DNA of 64,000 nt from Deltaproteobacteria bacterium (GTDB lineage: Bacteria > Myxococcota > Kuafuiibacteriia > Kuafuiibacteriales > Kuafuiibacteriaceae), in contig JAVJQW010000046.1 in NCBI GenBank assembly GCA_040218735.1, forward strand, positions 224,001 through 288,000. Reading direction: 5' to 3'. Made by a program: the position numbers and the translations under genes. How positions within the stretch are numbered: the stretch's first letter is position 1; the number at the start of each line of letters is the position of its first letter. Of this stretch, positions 58,592-64,000 are shown one piece after another. The notes under the pieces were generated by a model, which saw nothing but the letters and a program-made list of their open reading frames with translations, was not told the origin of the DNA and ran no database searches.

Positions 58592-59308
58592 ATGTGCGGC
58601 CGGTTCACCCAGACCAAGGACAAGGACGAGATCGCCGAGCTGTTCGGCCTACCTCCGCTCCCGGAGTACGAGCCGCGCGCCTGGTCGCCGACGGAGGCGC
58701 CCGCGCGCTTCAACATCGCGCCGACGCAGGACGTGTTGGTCATCCGCACCGCGACCTCCGGGCGAACGGGGGAGTGGATGCGGTGGGGCCTCGTCCCGCC
58801 GAGCGCGAAAGACCTCAAGGGCGGCGCGCGGATGATCAACGCGCGCTCCGAGACGATCTTCGACAAACCCGTCTTCAAGACTGCGGCGAAGTACCGGCGC
58901 TGCCTGATCCCCACCGACGGGTTCTTCGAGTGGCGCCGCGAGGGGAAGACGAAGCAGCCGTTCTACATTCAAACGAACGGCGAGACGTTTGCGATGGCGG
59001 GGCTCTACGAACGCTGGAAGGCGCCGTCCGGAGACACCGTGAAGACCGTGACGATCCTGACCTGCGCGCCGAACGCGCTCGTCGAGACGCTCCACGATCG
59101 GATGCCGGTGATCCTCCCCAAAGAGACCTGGAGCCAATGGCTCGATCCCGAAGTGCAGGATCGCGGCGCGCTCGAACCGCTGCTCTGCGCGTTCGACGGT
59201 GACGCGATGAAGATGACCGCGGTGCAGACCGAGGTGAACAGCGTGAAGAACGACACCGAGGCTTGCGTGACGCCGCTCGTCGCGAAGCAGACGGGCTTCG
59301 GTTTCTGA
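58592..59308 (+). CDS. SOS response-associated peptidase (SRAP/YedK/HMCES)
   Basis: MCGRF, FNIAPTQ, WGLVP, INARSET, RCLIPTDGFFEW, HDRMPVIL. Confidence 0.95.
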   Translation: MCGRFTQTKDKDEIAELFGLPPLPEYEPRAWSPTEAPARFNIAPTQDVLVIRTATSGRTGEWMRWGLVPPSAKDLKGGARMINARSETIFDKPVFKTAAKYRRCLIPTDGFFEWRREGKTKQPFYIQTNGETFAMAGLYERWKAPSGDTVKTVTILTCAPNALVETLHDRMPVILPKETWSQWLDPEVQDRGALEPLLCAFDGDAMKMTAVQTEVNSVKNDTEACVTPLVAKQTGFGF

Positions 59309-59378
59309 TCTCGCGTCACGCGTTTGTCACCGACGCGTCCTTTGCTTCGGCACGGCAAAAGTCCGACGGTGCTGCGCG

Positions 59379-60191
59379 ATGCGGCGCGCGACGTGGCTCT
59401 CGCTGGTGTGGTGCGTCGCGTGCAGCCCCGCCAACCCCGCGCCCGGCGACGGGACCGATCCCATCGAAACCGTGCGGCTGTGCACCTCGCACGCGGACTG
59501 CGCCGGCGATGCGCGCTGTGAGAACGGGCTGTGCACGACCGAGCCGCCACGCGACGCCGGCACGCTCGTGATCGCCAGGGACGCCGGTCGCCCCGACGCA
59601 GGACACGTCGACGCGGGCGTCCGCGACGCCGGATTCCGGGACGCCGGAGCGCCAGACGCTGGCTTCCGCGACGCGGGCACCCCGGACTCGGGCGTCGTTC
59701 ACCCGCCGATCGACATCTCGGGCTGGCGCGTCGAAAACCGCGAGCACGACCCCGTCATCCAGGCGTTCGTCGTGCCCAACGGCACGCAGCTCGCCCCCGG
59801 CCAGCATCTGTTGCTCGTACGCGCCGTCGACCGGCTCACGTTCGAGAACGACGTCGGCCTCGACCTCGGCGTGCACCACTTCATCCGCACCGACGCGCAG
59901 TCGAACGGCGTCCCGATCGTCAACGGCGGCGAGTCCTGGGCCCTCGTCGACGCCAGCGGCACCACCGTCGATGGCCCCACGATCCCCGGCGTCGTGGCGG
60001 CCTCCTATCGACGCAAGGACCCCGGCGACGCACAAGACCTGGATCACTGGGTCGTCGCGGGCGAGCTCGACGACGTCCCCGGCTCCACGCTCATGACCTC
60101 CAGCCAGGGCGTTCGCATCTGCCAGTGGTCGGACGACAGCAGCACCGGCCGCTACGTCTTCGAGTACGTCGAGCTCTGCTACGCGCCCTGA
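59379..60191 (+). CDS. Lipoprotein with Cys module, RDAG linker and lamin-tail-like domain
   Basis: VAC lipobox, RDAG repeats, IDISGWRV...VPNGTQLAPGQ, NGGE..ALVD. Confidence 0.72.
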   Translation: MRRATWLSLVWCVACSPANPAPGDGTDPIETVRLCTSHADCAGDARCENGLCTTEPPRDAGTLVIARDAGRPDAGHVDAGVRDAGFRDAGAPDAGFRDAGTPDSGVVHPPIDISGWRVENREHDPVIQAFVVPNGTQLAPGQHLLLVRAVDRLTFENDVGLDLGVHHFIRTDAQSNGVPIVNGGESWALVDASGTTVDGPTIPGVVAASYRRKDPGDAQDLDHWVVAGELDDVPGSTLMTSSQGVRICQWSDDSSTGRYVFEYVELCYAP

Positions 60192-60228
60192 GGTCAGACT
60201 CGAGACCATCGCGTCGAAGACCTCTTCG

Positions 60229-61707
60229 ATGCATCTCGATCGCGCGGCGCTCGCGCTCCTCCTGCTCCCCTCGACCGCGTGTGTCGCGGTCCTCGACGAC
60301 ACCGGTGCCTCCGTTTGGAAGGACGGCTCGGGCACCTTCGACGTCGACGTCCGCGTCGACACACTCCTCGCCGACGTCGTCACTGTCCACGTGGAGGTGA
60401 ACGGTGCGCTCTACCCCCTCTCACTCGCGCAGGGATCGTGGTCCGGGACCGCGCCCGTCGACGACTGCGCCGCCGCGCTGTCGGTGCGGTACCGCGTGGA
60501 GTACGACCCGCTCTCCGGCCCCAACGCCGTCGCGTGGACGCCGCCGCAAGGTAGCTTGCACTACCCGGTGCTGGGCGTGAATCCGGGGAGCTGCACGCCG
60601 TACTTCTGGGTGAACGACACCGTCGATGGTTCCGACGCCACCCCGGGGGACGGCATCTGCGCCACCGCGTCCCGCACGCCGAAGTGCACGCTCCGCGCCG
60701 CCATCGAGGAGGCCAACGCGCTCCCGGGGCTCCAGCACGTCGGCTTCTTCGCGAACCAGACGATCAACAGCCCCATCACCATCTCGGACGACCTCTTCCT
60801 GAACGGCAACGGCCGGCGCGTGCAGGTGACCTCCGGTCGCTTCTTCGACGTCGTCGGCGCAGGCACCGACGTCACCCTCGAACGCGTCCACCTCGACGGC
60901 GGTAACTCGGGGACGTCCCCCGGCGGACAGATCAAGAACGCCGGTCGCCTCCGGATCCTCGATTCGTACCTCGAGAACGGTCACTGCAGCGGCTACAGCG
61001 GGGCGGGCGGGAGCATCCACAACCTCGGCTTCCTGCAGATCGAGGACTCGGAGCTCGCCTACCACTCCAGCGGGCGCCGCGGCGGAGCGCTCTTCAACGA
61101 AGGCGACGCGCGCATCTACCGCTCGTCCCTGCACCACAACGAAACCGCCGCCCAACACGGCGGCGCGATCGAGCAAGACGGCGGCGAGCTCTGGATCGAG
61201 AGCACGACGCTCGCCGAGAACGTCGCCGCCGCGAAGGGCGGGGCGATCAACGTCGAGAGCGGCACGGTGTTCATGCGCAACGCGACCGTCGCCTACAACG
61301 AAGCGGACTGGGCCGGCGGCATCTCCATGCTCCAGCAGCCCGAGACGTTCTACCTGTCGAACTCGATCGTCTCGCTCAATATCTCGACGGACCCGACGAC
61401 GCGCGCGTGCATCGGGTTCATCGAGAGCCTCGGCCACAACGTCATCGAGTCCGTGGACCCGGCGGAGTGCACGATTCACCCGTACCTCGAGCAGCCCGAC
61501 ACGATCGGCACCGCCCTCGCGCCCGCGTTACCGCCGCTCTACCAAGACGTGTTCGATCCGTGGGGTTACTCGCCCGGCGGCATGCTGATCGACGCGGGCG
61601 CACCCGGCGTGAACGAAGCGTCGCCGCCCGACTGCGGTCGCCGCGATCAGAGGGGTACGGAGCGCACCGCGGGTGCGTGTGACATCGGCGCCGTCGAGGC
61701 GCCCTGA
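60229..61707 (+). CDS. CSLREA-domain, right-handed beta-helix, choice-of-anchor Q protein
   Basis: VNDTVD...DGIC...CTLRAAIEEAN, GGAI repeats, DQRG..R...CDIGAVE. Confidence 0.85.
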   Translation: MHLDRAALALLLLPSTACVAVLDDTGASVWKDGSGTFDVDVRVDTLLADVVTVHVEVNGALYPLSLAQGSWSGTAPVDDCAAALSVRYRVEYDPLSGPNAVAWTPPQGSLHYPVLGVNPGSCTPYFWVNDTVDGSDATPGDGICATASRTPKCTLRAAIEEANALPGLQHVGFFANQTINSPITISDDLFLNGNGRRVQVTSGRFFDVVGAGTDVTLERVHLDGGNSGTSPGGQIKNAGRLRILDSYLENGHCSGYSGAGGSIHNLGFLQIEDSELAYHSSGRRGGALFNEGDARIYRSSLHHNETAAQHGGAIEQDGGELWIESTTLAENVAAAKGGAINVESGTVFMRNATVAYNEADWAGGISMLQQPETFYLSNSIVSLNISTDPTTRACIGFIESLGHNVIESVDPAECTIHPYLEQPDTIGTALAPALPPLYQDVFDPWGYSPGGMLIDAGAPGVNEASPPDCGRRDQRGTERTAGACDIGAVEAP

Positions 61708-61725
61708 TTTCGGGGAGGGAGCGAA

Positions 61726-61759
61726 GCGCGGGGCGAGCCGTTCGAAGCTCACCCCGCGT
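61726..61759. terminator. GC-rich hairpin between convergent genes (possible bidirectional terminator)
   Basis: GCGCGGGGCGAGC...GCTCACCCCGCGT inverted repeat. Confidence 0.5.
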
Positions 61760-61767
61760 TCATCGGG

Positions 61768-64000
61768 TTACTGGCAGGCGACGGTCAGGCCCCAGCTGTT
61801 GAGGGTGCCGGTGTCGCCCGTGAAGGTGTCCTCGATGAAGAGGGTCCACGCGCCATTTCCGTTGTCGCCGAGGAAGTCGCCGAGGTTCCCGGCCGGCGTC
61901 AGCGTCGACGGGTAGTTGCCGATGACGTCGTCCACGCTGTCGAACGCGCTGTCCTTCAGACGCACCGTCGTCCCGCTCGGGCTCGTCAGGTCGATGATCA
62001 GGTCGCCGCGGTACGTGTGCGTGATGTCCACGTCGACCGAGACGTTCTGGACCGTGCACGCTGGCGTCGCGGGGATCGTGATCATGTCCGACACGCCCAG
62101 CGGGTCGACGTCCGGGATGGCCACGTTCGGCGTGCTGCTGCCCGACACCGTCGTGCCGAACATGCAGTTCGCCGGGCAGCTGTCGCCGCCGACCGTGTTG
62201 CCGTCGTCGCAGTTCTCGCCCATCTCGAGGACGCCGTTGCCGCAGATGTCGGTCGCCGCCGCCGTGAGCACGAGGTCGTAGCTCGGGATCGCGGTGTTGA
62301 CGAGCCAGTCCTCGACCGTGACCTGGTACGTGCCAGGCGCGAGCCGCATGAACGCATCCGTCACCGGGGTCATCAGCGAGCACGACCCGACGCCGTCCTG
62401 GTCGTCCGTCCCGATCTCGGTGCCGCCCGAGTCGAGCAGTCGGATGACGGTGTCGATGTTCGGGCACGTCATCGTCGCCGCGTCCTCGAACGTCTCCGCG
62501 TAGAGGTACACGTCGTTGCCGGCCGGAACCGTCACGTCGTAGGTCGCCACCTGCCCGACCGCGAGGCCGCCGGTGTACGTCTGCGTCGCGCCAGGCGTCG
62601 CCACGAAGGCGGGCTGCACCTCGACCTGGCAGGTCGCGTCGCAGCCGTCGCCGGGCGTGGTGTTGCCGTCGTCGCAGGCCTCGTTCGTGCCGTCGATGAA
62701 GCCGTTACCGCAGATGTCCGCGGTGGTGGCGGCGAACACGACGTCGTAGTTCGCGATCGCCGTGTTGAGCAGGTAGTCCTCGACCGTCACGAAGTAGTTC
62801 GTGCCGGCGGTCAGGCGCGCATACGCCACCGTCGGCGCGATCCGCGAGCAGGAGTTCACACCACCCTCGTCGTTGGTGCCGAGCTGCGTGCCCGACGCGT
62901 CGAGCAGGCGCAGGACCGTGTCGATCGTGTCGCACGTGCCCGCCTGCGCGTCCTCGAACGTCTCGACGTACAGGTACACGTCGTTGCCGGCCGGGACCTG
63001 CACCGCGAAGGTGTCGACTTGACCGACCGCGAGCGCATTCGTCGCGAAGGTCTGCGTCGTCCCGCCGGTCGCCACGAACGTGCCCACGGCCTCCAGGTCG
63101 CAGGTCGCGCTGCAGCCGTCGTTCGCCGTGGTGTTGCCGTCGTCGCACTGCTCCGCCGTACCATCGATGATGCCGTTGCCGCAGACGTCCGCCGGGATGC
63201 CCTCGAGCACGAGCTCGAAGTACGCCAGCGCGTTGTTGTCGTCCTCGGTGACCTGCAAGTAGTACGTGCCGACATCGAGCCGCGCCCACGCGTCTACGCC
63301 GGGGCGCGTCGCGGAGCAGCTGTTCACGCCGTCGAAGTCGTCCGAGCCGAGCACCGCGCCGGTCGAGTCGAGCAGGAAGATCTCCGTGTCGATCGAGCAG
63401 CTCTGGGTCGCCGCGTTCGAGAACGTCTCGGCCGCGATGTACGACGGCGCCGTCGCGGTGATCTCGTAGGTGTAGAACTGACCGACCGTCGCGATCGACG
63501 CCGTGAACGTCATCGCCGCGCCCGGCGACGCGTACGTGTTCGTGACCTCGAGCATGCAGAGCGCGTCGCAGCCGTCGCCGGCCACGCTGTTGCCGTCGTC
63601 GCAGATGTCGTTGCCGTCCACGATGCCGTTGCCACACGCGGGAGCGATGACCTGCACGTCGAGGACGTAGATGCCCGTCTGCGTGCTGAAGGGCTCGACC
63701 ACCACGTAGTAGGTGCCGGCGGCGAGGTTCGCCGCGCCCGACGTGGCCGGCGCAGCCGGGTTGATGAGCGAGCAGCGATCGTTCGCGCCGTCCTTGTCGT
63801 CGTTGAACGCCAGCGTCGTCACGCCGTCCGTCGAGGTGAGCGTGAGCGTGGTGTCGAACGGGCAGCCGCCCTGACCGTCGCTCGTCTCCGCGCGGATGCT
63901 GTGGCCGGCGGGCACGGTGATCGCGTACCAGTCCTGGTCCTCGGGCGTGATCTCACCCGTCACGACGTTGCCGCCGACCGGGTAGGGGAACGCGTTCGCG
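61768..64000 (-). CDS. Large secreted protein with DUF4215/myxo-Cys repeats, PPC/DVUA0089-like domains and C-terminal proprotein-convertase P-domain (5' end outside window)
   Basis: Four CGNG...CDDGN...C modules; DT..RLLD..GT...DD..G..CS; VDITHTYRGDL...GAWTL...D...GTLNSWGL; frame stays open to the window end. Confidence 0.85.
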   Translation of the reverse strand, partial: ANAFPYPVGGNVVTGEITPEDQDWYAITVPAGHSIRAETSDGQGGCPFDTTLTLTSTDGVTTLAFNDDKDGANDRCSLINPAAPATSGAANLAAGTYYVVVEPFSTQTGIYVLDVQVIAPACGNGIVDGNDICDDGNSVAGDGCDALCMLEVTNTYASPGAAMTFTASIATVGQFYTYEITATAPSYIAAETFSNAATQSCSIDTEIFLLDSTGAVLGSDDFDGVNSCSATRPGVDAWARLDVGTYYLQVTEDDNNALAYFELVLEGIPADVCGNGIIDGTAEQCDDGNTTANDGCSATCDLEAVGTFVATGGTTQTFATNALAVGQVDTFAVQVPAGNDVYLYVETFEDAQAGTCDTIDTVLRLLDASGTQLGTNDEGGVNSCSRIAPTVAYARLTAGTNYFVTVEDYLLNTAIANYDVVFAATTADICGNGFIDGTNEACDDGNTTPGDGCDATCQVEVQPAFVATPGATQTYTGGLAVGQVATYDVTVPAGNDVYLYAETFEDAATMTCPNIDTVIRLLDSGGTEIGTDDQDGVGSCSLMTPVTDAFMRLAPGTYQVTVEDWLVNTAIPSYDLVLTAAATDICGNGVLEMGENCDDGNTVGGDSCPANCMFGTTVSGSSTPNVAIPDVDPLGVSDMITIPATPACTVQNVSVDVDITHTYRGDLIIDLTSPSGTTVRLKDSAFDSVDDVIGNYPSTLTPAGNLGDFLGDNGNGAWTLFIEDTFTGDTGTLNSWGLTVACQ

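Noticed and set aside
58592-59308. SRAP as a prophage or mobile-element marker
   Set aside because: No integrase, phage genes, att sites or umuDC nearby

Overview
High-GC window, most consistent with a myxobacterium-like (Myxococcota) chromosome, judged from Cys-rich lipoproteins, RDAG linkers, PEGA/TPR/Ser-Thr kinase modules, DUF4215-type repeats and a gspC-N T2SS layout. Left to right it holds: a partial HAD hydrolase, pmbA, tldD and a BtuF-like gene; a LOG / alpha-beta hydrolase / GIY-YIG operon; surface proteins (a Cys-rich lipoprotein and a Big_2+LamG adhesin); a TPR protein and a kinase; DUF885; an actinobacterial-type M23-SH3 peptidase; mltG; and a DMT transporter. Next come a TtpC-type TonB2 uptake operon headed by a His/Cys-rich leader ORF, a complete sigma54-driven type II secretion operon, a second kinase, and a CheB-CheR hybrid histidine kinase. 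An ~12 kb sugar-tailoring island follows, built around an HMW1C/NGT-like (GT41) cytoplasmic protein glycosyltransferase and a truncated paralogue. The window ends with SRAP and further secreted proteins. The two best candidates for undescribed systems are (1) this protein-glycosylation island, which has no flagellin, adhesin, flippase or polymerase gene, and (2) a putative metal-sensing ribosome-stalling leader peptide whose last codons carry an anti-Shine-Dalgarno for the TonB operon. No rRNA, tRNA, CRISPR array or transposase was seen. All calls come from motif recognition by eye; no searches were run.
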